Positions 48,850 through 58,375 of a stretch of DNA of 64,000 bases are shown one piece after another; within the stretch, counting starts at the first letter, position 1; the number at the start of each line of letters is the position of its first letter. This DNA is from Collinsella aerofaciens (GTDB lineage: Bacteria > Actinomycetota > Coriobacteriia > Coriobacteriales > Coriobacteriaceae): contig NAKE01000001.1 in the NCBI GenBank assembly GCA_008680965.1, forward strand, positions 2,070,865 to 2,134,864, given 5' to 3'. The notes under the pieces were generated by a model. The model was not told the DNA's origin and did no database searches. It saw nothing but the letters and a program-made list of their open reading frames with translations. Position numbers and translations under genes: made by a program.

Positions 48850-49620
48850 TTAGGGTGTAACCCTTGGATTTCCGGCACGCGTCTAAAGGCGCCGGCCCTC
48901 ACGGGGTTCGGGCCGCACTGCAGATTGACCCGTGACGGGCCGGTCAAACCGGCGCTATTTACGCCCCGGCCCCCTATCGAAGGGGTCCTCGTACTCCTTG
49001 GCGCTCAGCCGGTCGAGCGCGATGTCGGCCTTCCCCTGCTCCCGGATGTACTTCGCGATCGTGGCCTCGTTCAGGCCGACGGTGGACACGCAGTGGCCCT
49101 CGGCCCAGAACTTCCTGTTGCCGAATTTGTACTTCATGTTCGCGTGCCTGCCGAATACCATCAGCGAGCTCTTCCCCTTCAGGTAGCCCATCACGCTGGA
49201 CACGCTGTACTTCGGCGGTATCGCCAGCAGCATGTGGACGTGGTCGGGCATCAGGTGCCCCTCGATGACCTCTATCCCCTTGTACTGGCAGAGCTTCCTG
49301 AAGATCTCCCCAAGGTCGGACCTTATTTGGTTGTAGATGACTTTGCGCCTATACTTCGGCGTGAACACGACGTGGTACTTGCACGTCCACTTCGTGTGCG
49401 ACAGGCCGTAGGCCTTCTGGGCCATACGCCACCACCGCCCTCTCGACTCGGATTCCTTGCGGCCTGAACAATCGCAAGTGTCCGGCGAGGGGGCGGCTTT
49501 GTAAAGCCGTTTGGCCCCACCCGCATAGCGGGTGGTTTCTGATGCGGCGCGCTGCGCGCCCCGCACAGGCTAAAGCCTGTAAATAAAAATACCCCCGATT
49601 CCAAGCGGAAATCGGGGATA
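48850..49620 (-). mobile_element. IS200/IS605 family element (boundaries approximate)
   Basis: Y1 transposase gene flanked by GC-rich subterminal hairpins, e.g. CACCCGC-ATA-GCGGGTG (~49519-49535) and CCCCGATT-N9-AATCGGGG (49593-49617). No terminal IRs, as expected for this family. Confidence 0.6.
48955..49425 (-). CDS. tnpA: IS200/IS605 family Y1 (HUH) transposase TnpA
   Basis: MAQKAYGLSHTKWTCKYHVVFTPKYRRK...PDHVHMLLAIPPKYSVS...YIREQ. HUH motif (HVH) and catalytic Tyr region present. Start at ATG 49423-49425. Confidence 0.9.
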   Translation of the reverse strand: MAQKAYGLSHTKWTCKYHVVFTPKYRRKVIYNQIRSDLGEIFRKLCQYKGIEVIEGHLMPDHVHMLLAIPPKYSVSSVMGYLKGKSSLMVFGRHANMKYKFGNRKFWAEGHCVSTVGLNEATIAKYIREQGKADIALDRLSAKEYEDPFDRGPGRK

Positions 49621-50059
49621 TCTCATCGGGTGGCTTTCAAGCAGTTTGCAAAACTGCAGGTCGCAGACCTTCATTGCTAGTAGGAGAAATGAGTAGTCTC
49701 GGGTGGCTTGCCCATGAGTTGACGAATACGTTGGAACTTCGCCATTGGCTCAATCGCTTCGCGCGCTCGATAAACTTGTTTAGTAAAAGGCGGATCGGTC
49801 ACCGATGGACGCGCGACGAGAAACACGTACCTCCAGTGGTTCAAGCACGGCGCGCGTGAGGATCTCTGCAAGCAACCACCTGGTACGCTACTGTTGCCAG
49901 CGTGGCTTAGCGGACTGGCGAATCCCGCCCCGTGCGCGTCATCATCCAATCAAATGCCCTGGCAAGCAGCAGCACCGCCAATCACACTGCGTTCTTACGG
50001 CGCCCTCTGCGATACAATTAGCGAATTGTGTTTTCACCTCGCAGCTACGGAGACATTAG

Positions 50060-53000
50060 ATGATTACGCTGGACAATCTTCGCGACGCACTTAGGGCTCT
50101 GTGCTACGAGCCGTCGGGCGACGGCACCGTTTATCAGAAATCCTGGGAAGAGACCAGCGCGCAAATCACGGTCGATTTTTCCAAGAAACGCATCGGCTAC
50201 CCGAAAGACCTGGGGTTCAAGGTCAACAAAGACACAACTTGTAACTTCTCCGATAACGAGAACTTCGTCGTACTCGCCTGCGTAACCATGCTCCTCGACA
50301 AAGGATATCGCCCCGAATCACTCGAGCTGGAGCGCGAATGGGCCCTTGGGCACGAACAAAAGAGCGGCCGCGCTGATATCTGCATTAATGACGAGAGGGG
50401 CGACACACTCGCAATCGTCGAATGCAAGACCCCTGGAACCGAGTTCAAAAACGAATTCAAGAACATGCAGTCAGACGGAGGGCAACTCCTCTCCTATTGG
50501 CAACAAGAGCGCGCGACTCGCTGGTTGGTACTCTTTGCATGCGATTTCATCAACAACGAAATTGTGCCAGACCAGGTTTCAATTAACTGCAGCGATGACG
50601 AGAACTTCATCGCGCTCGCCAAACGCGATGACACCATTGCGCTCTACCGCGACGCCCATACAGTGGAACAGCTCCATCAAGTTTGGACGGAAACGTACAA
50701 CCAACAAGTCGAGGGAAACATCCTCTTTGGCGATAGGTCGACGGCATACCACCCGATGGTTCCTCCCCTTCTCAAGAAGGACCTTGTCGACTTCAGGGCC
50801 GAAGACAGCATCGTCAACCGCTTCGAGGAAATCCTCCGCCACAACAACGTCTCCGATAAAGAGAACGCCTTCAATCGCCTTATTGCGCTCTTTATCGCGA
50901 AGCTCCAAGACGAGCTCTCGAAAATGCCAACCCAGGAGATTGAGTTCCAATACCGCCAAGGACGCGACACCTACGAAACGCTCCAGGACAGACTCCAGAG
51001 ACTCCACTCAGACGGCATGAGAAAGCTCATGCGGGAAGAGGTCCTGTACGTTCCCAACAACTACGCCGAAAACCTCATAAGCAACTATACGGGCCAGCAC
51101 CGCAAGAAGCTCATCGAGGAGCTGAACGGCACGCTGCGCAAGCTCAAGTTCTATACCAACAATGACTTTGCGTTCAAAGACGTCCACAACGAGGAACTCT
51201 TTCTTCAGAACGGCAAGGTACTCGTAGAGACGGTGCAACTTCTACAGCCGTATCGCATCGTAGGAACTCAAGACATTCAATTCTTGGGCGACCTCTTCGA
51301 ACAGCTCCTTAATCAGGGCTTTAAGCAAAACGAGGGCCAATTCTTCACACCTGTGCCCATCACCCGTTTTATTTGGAAGTCACTCCCACTCGACAGCATC
51401 GTGCAGGACGAGGCTGGTGCCGTACACTATCCACGCGTTATCGATTACGCCTGTGGCGCGGGGCACTTTCTCACAGAAGGATTCGAAGAAATCTCCGACG
51501 CCGCATGCCAATATGATCCGACCATAGAGGATGACCTCGGAGACGCCGACTGGGTCAGAGACAATCTCGTCGGCATCGAGAAGGACTATCGACTCGCTCG
51601 CGTTTCCAAGGTCTCGTTCTACATGCATGGCGCAGGGCAGAGCAACGTGGTCTTCGGCGACGGACTTGAAAATTATCCCGACAAGGGAATCGACAGCCGA
51701 ACCGACAGGGGACGCTTCGACATTCTTGTCGCCAATCCCCCGTACTCTGTAGCGGCCTTCAAACCGCATCTCAAGCTTCACAACAACGAACTCAAAGTGC
51801 TGGAAACCATCAGCGATAGCGGCTCGGAAATCGAGACCCTCTTTGTCGAGCGTGCGGCACAGCTTGTTCGGCCCGGAGGCTACGCCGCCATCGTCCTCCC
51901 CACCTCGATCCTCGACAAGAGCACGAGCTCGAGTTTCATGGCCGCACGCGATGTGCTTTTGAGCTCCTTCGAGATCGTCTCCATCGCCAGGTTTGGATCA
52001 GGCACATTCGCGGCCACAGGAACAAACGTCGCAATTATGTTCCTACGTCGCTTTGACGAGATCCCGCCCCGCAATGCGAACGCACTTGATTTCGTTGACG
52101 CTGTTTTTGAGCGCAGGAAGCTCACTGGCTGGAGAGACGAAAGCGCTTTCAACGCTTATCTCGGCACAATTAATGTAGACGGAGATACTTACCGGGCTTT
52201 TCTCGCAGGAGAGGCTAACTGGAACGAATGGGCAAACACTCGCCACTTCAGCGTTTATTGCCATCTTTTCGAATCATCGAAGGAGCTCAAGGCCCTTCGG
52301 AAGAGCAAGACTTGGAAGGCGGCCGACAAGAACTCACGGCTCAAAGCAGAGAGCGAGCTGTTCTATCGCCATGCGCACAAGGAAGAGCGCAAACGCCTGC
52401 GCGTTTGGGGTCTCGTCTGCGGCGAACAGACGCTCATCATCAACTCACCTAACACGACCAAGGAAATCGCCTCTTTCCTTGGCTACAAATGGAGCAATCG
52501 CAAAGGCAACGAGGGGATACAGCCCATCGATGGTGAGGGCGTGCTCTATTCGGACAACGAATCGGACGACACGAACTCGCTAAGCGGCATCATCAGAGCA
52601 TGGTTCTCCGGCGAGCAGGTTGAGCCCGGCGACCTTGCCCAGTACTACTACTATGCCAAGACCGCCGATTTCATTGACTTTGATGCCGATAAGTTCGACG
52701 AGACTCTTACGATTCCCCGCTCTTTCTACAAGCCCCGCTCGTTCGCCCAGGGCACCGTAGTCAAGACGCTTAGAGACATCACATCCTACGTTACCAACAG
52801 CGTGGCCCAGAGTTCCATCACCACCGACACTTACGTAACAACGGAAAACATGGTCAAGGACCGTGGCGGCATAACCGCCTATGGCGGAGAGCTTCCGGCA
52901 AGTGATGGCACCGCATACAAGAAGGGAGACACGCTCGTCTCCAATATTCGCCCCTATCTGCAGAAGATTTGGCTCGCAGACCGCGATGGGGCGTGCTCCA

Positions 53001-53905
53001 AGGATGTTTTGGTATTCCGAAGCATAAATACCGACAGCCTATTGCCCGAGTTTCTCCATCTGCTCCTGTGGCAGAAGGACTTCTTCGACTACGATATGTC
53101 CACCTTCACGGGAACCGGCAGGCCTCGCGGAGACAAGGATGAGCTGCTCAAATACCCCATCCCAGTCCCGACGCTCTCCGAGCAGAGAGCCCTCATCGAC
53201 GATTTCAATCGCTTAACAGATGAAATCAATAGCAAACGACAGCAAATCGCCGCTCTCAAGGAGAGCGTCAAATCACGGTTTGTCGAGGTATTTGGCGATC
53301 CGGTCGATGGTAAAAAATGGCCTTTCGTTAGGCTTGAAGACCTCTGTACCAAGTTGGGTTCCGGAGCAACACCACGAGGCGGCAAAACGGCATACAAGGC
53401 CGAAGGTGTTCCGCTGGTCAGAAGTATGAATGTTCACAACGGTCGTTTCGTGTGGAAGGACCTTGCTTGTATTGATGATGAACAAGCCGCAAAACTAGAA
53501 GGCGTCACGCTGATGAAGGGTGACGTGCTTCTGAATATTACTGGCGCTTCGGTTGCTCGTTCATGTCTTTTGCCGGATGAATTGGCTGGTGGACGTGTTA
53601 ATCAGCATGTCTCAATTGTCAGAGTCGACCAAAAACGGATGCTACCGGTGCTATTGAACACGGTGCTGATCAGTGATTCGTATCAGAGACTCCTGCTAAA
53701 CGGCTCAAGAGCGGCTGGAGCAACAAGGGAGGCAATTACCAAAGAAGATCTAAAGAGAATGACGGTTCCCTTGCCTCCCCTTGAGCTTCAGCAAGAGTTC
53801 GCCGACTTCGTCGCCCAGGTCGACAAATCGCAATTTGCACTCGAGCAAGAGGTCGACGCCCTTTCCGCAGAGCGCGACGCCCTTCTAGACCGATTCCTCG
53901 CGTGA
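50060..53905 (+). CDS. single-chain restriction-modification-specificity enzyme (type IIB/IIG-like): N-terminal PD-(D/E)xK nuclease, N6-adenine methyltransferase, HsdS-like two-TRD module
   Basis: Nuclease-like GRADICINDERGDTLAIVECK; MTase motif I VIDYACGAGHFL and motif IV LVANPPYS. The C-terminal ~400 aa carry two TRDs separated by the conserved helix LSEQRALIDDFNRLTDEINSKRQQIAALKESVKSRFVEVFG and end in LELQQEFADFVAQVDKSQFALEQE. No separate hsdR, hsdM or hsdS gene is present. Confidence 0.75.
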   Translation: MITLDNLRDALRALCYEPSGDGTVYQKSWEETSAQITVDFSKKRIGYPKDLGFKVNKDTTCNFSDNENFVVLACVTMLLDKGYRPESLELEREWALGHEQKSGRADICINDERGDTLAIVECKTPGTEFKNEFKNMQSDGGQLLSYWQQERATRWLVLFACDFINNEIVPDQVSINCSDDENFIALAKRDDTIALYRDAHTVEQLHQVWTETYNQQVEGNILFGDRSTAYHPMVPPLLKKDLVDFRAEDSIVNRFEEILRHNNVSDKENAFNRLIALFIAKLQDELSKMPTQEIEFQYRQGRDTYETLQDRLQRLHSDGMRKLMREEVLYVPNNYAENLISNYTGQHRKKLIEELNGTLRKLKFYTNNDFAFKDVHNEELFLQNGKVLVETVQLLQPYRIVGTQDIQFLGDLFEQLLNQGFKQNEGQFFTPVPITRFIWKSLPLDSIVQDEAGAVHYPRVIDYACGAGHFLTEGFEEISDAACQYDPTIEDDLGDADWVRDNLVGIEKDYRLARVSKVSFYMHGAGQSNVVFGDGLENYPDKGIDSRTDRGRFDILVANPPYSVAAFKPHLKLHNNELKVLETISDSGSEIETLFVERAAQLVRPGGYAAIVLPTSILDKSTSSSFMAARDVLLSSFEIVSIARFGSGTFAATGTNVAIMFLRRFDEIPPRNANALDFVDAVFERRKLTGWRDESAFNAYLGTINVDGDTYRAFLAGEANWNEWANTRHFSVYCHLFESSKELKALRKSKTWKAADKNSRLKAESELFYRHAHKEERKRLRVWGLVCGEQTLIINSPNTTKEIASFLGYKWSNRKGNEGIQPIDGEGVLYSDNESDDTNSLSGIIRAWFSGEQVEPGDLAQYYYYAKTADFIDFDADKFDETLTIPRSFYKPRSFAQGTVVKTLRDITSYVTNSVAQSSITTDTYVTTENMVKDRGGITAYGGELPASDGTAYKKGDTLVSNIRPYLQKIWLADRDGACSKDVLVFRSINTDSLLPEFLHLLLWQKDFFDYDMSTFTGTGRPRGDKDELLKYPIPVPTLSEQRALIDDFNRLTDEINSKRQQIAALKESVKSRFVEVFGDPVDGKKWPFVRLEDLCTKLGSGATPRGGKTAYKAEGVPLVRSMNVHNGRFVWKDLACIDDEQAAKLEGVTLMKGDVLLNITGASVARSCLLPDELAGGRVNQHVSIVRVDQKRMLPVLLNTVLISDSYQRLLLNGSRAAGATREAITKEDLKRMTVPLPPLELQQEFADFVAQVDKSQFALEQEVDALSAERDALLDRFLA

Positions 53906-53942
53906 TACGTTCCTCCCATCCATATCGGGATGGGAGGAACTG

Positions 53943-54935
53943 ATGCACACGACGATCGAAATAGCAAACGCGGTTCTCACAAAAATGCAGGCACTCGTTA
54001 GCGGCGAAGTGCTTTCGTATCTCGAGAGCGTCCTTATGAGCGAACTCAGGGGCATCGAACTTGAAGTGAACGCGCTCAGCAATGTCGAAGACGAGGCCTC
54101 AAAGTACATGGAGCGATTCCTCGCAGCCAAAACCATCGAGGGATGCTCGCCTAAGACCATCAGGTACTACAAGGCCACACTTACAAGGGCGCTCGAAGCA
54201 ATCAAAAAACCAATTGTCCGGATTAGTTCAGATGACTTACGAACATACCTGAGCGAATATCCCATGGGTAATAACGCAGGGAGCATCACCGTCGACAACG
54301 TCAGGCGCATCCTGTCGTCATTCTTCTCTTGGCTTGAAGACGAGAACCATATACTCAAAAGCCCTGCACGACGCATTAAAAAGATTCGCTCAAAGAGAAC
54401 GGTCAAGTCCGTATATTCTGATGAAGAACTTATAGCCCTCACAGACGCCTGTTCTTGCAAGAGGGATCTGGCAATCATCAACCTTCTTAGTTCAACAGGG
54501 ATGAGAATAGGCGAACTCGTCTCGCTCAATCGAGAAGACGTTGATCTAAATCGGCGAGAGTGCATTGTACTCGGAAAGGGCAACAAAGAGAGAGTCGTCT
54601 ATTTTGATGCGACTACAAAGCTGCACCTAAACAACTACCTGCAAGAACGCAGCGATAACGTCGCCGCGCTATTCTGTAGTCTCACAAAGCCGAGTTCTAG
54701 GCTGCAAGTAAGCGGAGTCGAGCTCCGCCTTCGCTCCTTGGGAACAAAAGCAGGCGTCAAACACGTCCACCCACATAAGTTCAGGAGAACGCTGGCCACC
54801 AAAGCAATTGGAAAAGGAATGCCCATCGAGCAGGTGCAGAAGCTGCTTGGCCATCAAAAGATTGATACAACGTTGATGTACGCAATGGTCGATCAGGACA
54901 ACGTAAGGGACTCTCATAGAAGGTATATCTGTTAA
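53943..54935 (+). CDS. tyrosine site-specific recombinase (XerC/D-integrase family)
   Basis: TGMRIGELVSL (Arg), HPHKFRRTLAT (HxxR) and LLGHQKIDTTLMYA (His..Tyr). Lies between the active and spare TRD segments. Confidence 0.85.
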   Translation: MHTTIEIANAVLTKMQALVSGEVLSYLESVLMSELRGIELEVNALSNVEDEASKYMERFLAAKTIEGCSPKTIRYYKATLTRALEAIKKPIVRISSDDLRTYLSEYPMGNNAGSITVDNVRRILSSFFSWLEDENHILKSPARRIKKIRSKRTVKSVYSDEELIALTDACSCKRDLAIINLLSSTGMRIGELVSLNREDVDLNRRECIVLGKGNKERVVYFDATTKLHLNNYLQERSDNVAALFCSLTKPSSRLQVSGVELRLRSLGTKAGVKHVHPHKFRRTLATKAIGKGMPIEQVQKLLGHQKIDTTLMYAMVDQDNVRDSHRRYIC

Positions 54936-55523
54936 GTCAAATCACGGTTTGTAGAGATATTCGCATCCTTTGATGGCTGTGAAAAACTCCCGCTATGCAA
55001 CTGCGTTGATTGTGTCGAGTCCGGAAAGAGCCCAAAGTGTCTGACGACTCCGCGAGCTGGATCGGAGCCAGCTGTCCTTAAGCTCAGTGCCATTTCTACT
55101 GGTACATACTGCGAGGATCAGAACAAGGCGCTTCCGCTCGACAGCGAGCCTGTTATTAGCAAGTTTGTGCGGGATGGCGACATCCTTCTCGCTCGCAAGA
55201 ACACTCCCGAGCTTGTTGGGCGCTCTGTTCTCGTTAGGCATACTGATGGCGGTATCATGTTTCCAGACATAGTGTTTCGTATGCATCCGTTGCCTATCGT
55301 CGACGGGGCATATCTCTCTCATCTGCTTTCCGAAACGATGCTTAATTCGATTCGTTCGCTTGCGCATGGCTCTGCTAAATCAATGAGTAATATTCCAAAG
55401 ACCGAACTTGAAAAGCTGTTGATTCCGATACCACCCGCAAGCCTTCAGCGCCAGTTCGCCGACTTCGTCACCCAGGTCGACAAATCGCAATTTATCATCC
55501 ACCAAGATCTTCACGGCTTTTGA
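54936..55523 (+). other. promoterless, start-less spare TRD2 cassette (half-HsdS)
   Basis: Begins 1 nt after the recombinase stop with VKSRFVEIF... and ends LQRQFADFVTQVDKSQFIIHQDLHGF*. The frame is open throughout (~195 codons). It is bounded by the same two conserved blocks as the expressed TRD2: a 17-nt exact repeat at 53267-53283 / 54936-54952 and a 41-nt 40/41 repeat at 53796-53836 / 55453-55493, both pairs direct. Confidence 0.8.
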
Positions 55524-55549
55524 AAAGACAGATAGTTACATGTCCAACG

Positions 55550-55960
55550 CTACAGAAGCCCGAGGACCGTCGCCTTTGATAGCATCTCGTAGGCTCGCGG
55601 ATATGTCTCTTTGTCGCGCTCGGCCATAAATGCCCAGTTCGCCGTCACGTCAGCCGCTCTCACCATAGCCACCTTGGAGGAGTCGACATAGGAGACTGGA
55701 ATCTTGGGCAGCCAGTCGCTAAATACAGGAGGGTAGGAAGTCTGCCACGTTGGATTGAACATGCCGCAGCTCAGCTCCTCATCAATCGATTCTGCCAGGT
55801 TGTACTTTCCGTCGATCGAAGTCGAATGCTCGTCAACCACAACAGAAACCGCGTCAACCTCACTCGCGGCAATTCCCTGAAGCCTCAGCGCGTCAACGAT
55901 GCCGGACTTCACGCCACGCTTTAGAGCGTAGTCAAGATACCTTTGCTTGCGCCTTTTCGA
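55550..55960 (-). pseudogene. 5'-truncated gene fragment (possibly DUF3800-like)
   Basis: The C-terminal ~135 codons look coding (…YVDSSKVAMVRAADVTANWAF…). The N-terminal part of the listed ORF runs into the IS30 remnant and is not native. Confidence 0.35.
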
Positions 55961-55970
55961 GCTTGAATTC

Positions 55971-56138
55971 TCAGAGCAAGTGCAACACCTCTGAGTAGTG
56001 GACCTCGTAGGGCGTCCTGAACCCCAGGCGTTTGTGGGGCCTGCGGTTGATGGCATCGTACACCCGCTCGACCTCCTCGTCCGAGACCGCAGAGAAGCCG
56101 GTCCCCTTCGGGAAGTACTCGCGCAACAGACCGTCTGT
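55971..56138 (-). pseudogene. IS30 family transposase, C-terminal ~55-codon remnant
   Basis: Reverse translation gives TDGLLREYFPKGTGFSAVSDEEVERVYDAINRRPHKRLGFRTPYEVHYSEVLHLL*, the typical IS30 DDE C-terminus. Confidence 0.75.
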
Positions 56139-56164
56139 GTTTAGTCAAGCCTGATTTTCGGTTT

Positions 56165-56220
56165 GGGGCTGCGGTGGAAATCCTGGTCCTCTTTTGATCC
56201 AGGATTTCCACCGCAGCCCC
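56165..56220. repeat. perfect 22-bp-stem foldback (GGGGCTGCGGTGGAAATCCTGG-N12-CCAGGATTTCCACCGCAGCCCC), core of a ~120-bp imperfect palindrome (56133-56251)
   Basis: Read directly. The outer arms share TCTGTGTTT / AAACACAGA and GGTTTGGGG / CCCCAACC. Confidence 0.9.
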
Positions 56221-56251
56221 AACCCGTAAATTGAACGCTATCAAACACAGA

Positions 56252-56473
56252 TGCCGTCGCGAAGTCGATGTCGCGCGTGACGCGGCCGTCGGGGATGCGC
56301 GCGAGCAGCCCGCTTCCGCCCTTGAGGATGAACCGGCCGTCGGGGTTGCTGAACACCCTGCACAGGAACCGGTCGCGCAAAGCCCGACGACAGCCGTCCC
56401 CAGGGTCACCGCCCCTGTCGCGAACGACCCTCTTCAGGGCCCTGTCGAGCTGACCGCCGTTCTCGTACGTCAT
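56252..56473 (-). pseudogene. AbiEii/AbiGii family nucleotidyltransferase toxin, N-terminal ~73 codons only
   Basis: MTYENGGQLDRALKRVV...RFILKGGSGLLARIPDGRVTRDIDFAT. Homology stops at the palindrome arm. Confidence 0.7.
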
Positions 56474-56854
56474 TCTTCCCGCCTCCTAGCTAACGAACCG
56501 CACAGGCTGGCCCCCGCCGGCATCCCGGCTTTTGCCCCCCTCGCGTCGATTTTCTCCCTCAGCGTGCCCTCGTCTTCGACGAGGCCCCTTTCGAGCGCGT
56601 CCGCGAGCACGTTCGCGACCAGGCTCAGCTCCTCCCCGGAGTCTATCAGGTCCACCACCGTGAGCCAGGGCCTCGTCGCCGGGATGTCCGAGACGATCGC
56701 CACGTCCTTCGGGTCGAGGCGGCGCTTCCTGATGAATCAGGTTCGGGCGCTTAGTCTGCTTTCTCTCGGGCGTGCAGAACTCGTAGGGCGAGGGGCTGAC
56801 CTCGCCGATGCCGTAGAGCCATGCAGCCGTCGCCCCCATGGCGACGGGGCTCCT
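56470..56854 (-). pseudogene. AbiEi family antitoxin, C-terminal part (frameshifted)
   Basis: ...SPVAMGATAAWLYGIGEVSPSPYEFCTPERKQTKRPNLIH runs in one frame. It continues as RKRRLDPKDVAIVSDIPATRPWLTVVDLI... in another frame, with the shift near 56725-56735. The stop overlaps the AbiEii start. Confidence 0.7.
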
Positions 56855-56939
56855 TGTGTTTCGTCAAGAGGATTTGAGCAAAAAGAGCATCGGAAATTGA
56901 GCAGCCTGAGCATCGGAAGTACGCACGCTTTTTGAGCGG

Positions 56940-57683
56940 CTAGCCCTCCTGCATGAGGGCGTGACGGACGCGGTAGGACTCGCCGCGGAACTGGACGAGC
57001 CTCCCGTGGTGGACGATGCGGTCGATCACGGCGGCAGCCATCTGGTCGTCCCCGAACACCGACCCCCACCTGCTGAACTCCAGGTTCGTGGTGATTACCA
57101 CCGACTGCCTCTCGTATGCGTCGGCGAAGACTTGGAAGAGCAGCCTCGCCCCGTCCGCGTCGAGCGGGAGAAACCCGAGCTCGTCGATGACGAGCAGGCG
57201 GGCCTTGCCGATGAGCGCGGCCTCCCGGTCGAGCCTCCCGTCGTCGCGGGCGCGCCTCAGGCGCATCACGAGCGAGGACGCCGTGAAGAATCGCGCCTCG
57301 AGCCTCCTCTCGCACGCCAGCGCGCAGAGGGCCGACGCCATGTGCGTCTTGCCGGTGCCGACGTCGCCCATGAGCACGAGGTCCTCCCTGCGCTCGACGA
57401 AGTCGAGCGCGAGCAGCGACTCGCGCCCCATGCCCTCCGGCCACGACACGGCCGACCAGTCGTAGCCGTCGAAGGTCTTGGGCGCCGGCAGCGCGCAGCG
57501 CCTGAGCAGCGTCGCGCGCTTCGAGGCCTCGCGGCTGGACCTCTCCGCCTCGAGGTAGCCCGCCAGGTACTCCACCTGTTTCGGGGTGCCGAGCCTCGAC
57601 CACTCCTCCAGGACGGCGGTGGTGAGCGAGCACGACCGCCCGGCCTCCAGGACCCTGCGGGCCAGCTCCTCGCTAGCTGCCAT
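56940..57683 (-). CDS. istB: IS21 family helper ATPase IstB
   Basis: Walker A GDVGTGKTH, Walker B LLVIDELG, C-terminus DRIVHHG. Confidence 0.9.
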   Translation of the reverse strand: MAASEELARRVLEAGRSCSLTTAVLEEWSRLGTPKQVEYLAGYLEAERSSREASKRATLLRRCALPAPKTFDGYDWSAVSWPEGMGRESLLALDFVERREDLVLMGDVGTGKTHMASALCALACERRLEARFFTASSLVMRLRRARDDGRLDREAALIGKARLLVIDELGFLPLDADGARLLFQVFADAYERQSVVITTNLEFSRWGSVFGDDQMAAAVIDRIVHHGRLVQFRGESYRVRHALMQEG

Positions 57684-58026
57684 CGGCGACCGCCCCCTTC
57701 AGGAACCCGTCGTAGACCGACAGGTCGGCCCCGCCGGCCCCGCCGCCGCCTCCCGCGATGCGTCTCGCCAGCACGTCGACCGTGGCGTCGTCGGGGACGC
57801 GGCCGCCCTCGACGACCCTGAGCGCCGCCTCGCATGCCGCCTCGAAACCCGAGGACTCGCTCGCCCGGCCGATCGACCTGAGCGTGCGCCTCCTGCCGGC
57901 GGAGTCCATCCGGTCGATCCCCTCGACGAGCCCCGGCGGCATGTCGCGCCTGATCGTCGACTCCCCGAAGGCCCTCGGCCTGGCGATGATGGCGGGCACG
58001 AGCGAGAGGGGGTTCCGGACCGCGGG
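57673..58026 (-). pseudogene. istA: IS21 transposase IstA, C-terminal fragment
   Basis: Joins in frame to 59244..60359 (…AFGEGP|AVRNPLSLV…) after removal of the IS3 element and one GGG copy. Confidence 0.8.
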
Positions 58027-58087
58027 TGGATTGGCTACACTGGTGTGGACAGTTCCGGGAGGGGCGCAGGAGACGGGAGGGCCGTAT

Positions 58088-58375
58088 ATGAGGGACCCCA
58101 GGCACCCGAGGCATTTCACCGACGAGTTCAAGAGGCAGATAGTCGACCTCTACAACGCCGGCAAGCCCAAGCGCGAGATCATGGACGAGTACGACCTCGG
58201 CAAGAGCACCGTGGAGAGGTGGATCAAGTCGATAAACGCGACCGGCTCGCCGCGCGCCGCGGACAACCGCACGCCCGAGCAGAACCGGATCCTGGAGCTC
58301 GAGCGCGAGAACCGCAGGCTCCGGATGGAGGTCGACGTCTTAAAACAAGCGGCGCTGATATACGCTCGAAAGTGA
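58088..58375 (+). CDS. IS3 family transposase OrfA (HTH)
   Basis: MRDPRHPRHFTDEFKRQIVDLYNAGKPKREIMDEYDLGKSTVERWIK... with a leucine-zipper-like C-terminus. Confidence 0.85.
   Translation: MRDPRHPRHFTDEFKRQIVDLYNAGKPKREIMDEYDLGKSTVERWIKSINATGSPRAADNRTPEQNRILELERENRRLRMEVDVLKQAALIYARK

Noticed and set aside
53943-54935. Recombinase considered as the integrase of a larger integrative element (with the 34-nt repeats as att sites)
   Set aside because: No tRNA or tmRNA target and no excisionase gene were seen. The gene is wedged exactly between the two TRD2 cassettes with a 1-nt spacer, so a dedicated cassette-switching role is the better-supported reading. The island idea is kept only as a low-interest finding.
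56141-56251. C-terminal 37 residues of the listed AbiEii ORF (ASVFDSVQFTGWGCGGNPGSKEDQDFHRSPKPKIRLD)
   Set aside because: This stretch is a translation of the foldback palindrome, not native AbiEii sequence.
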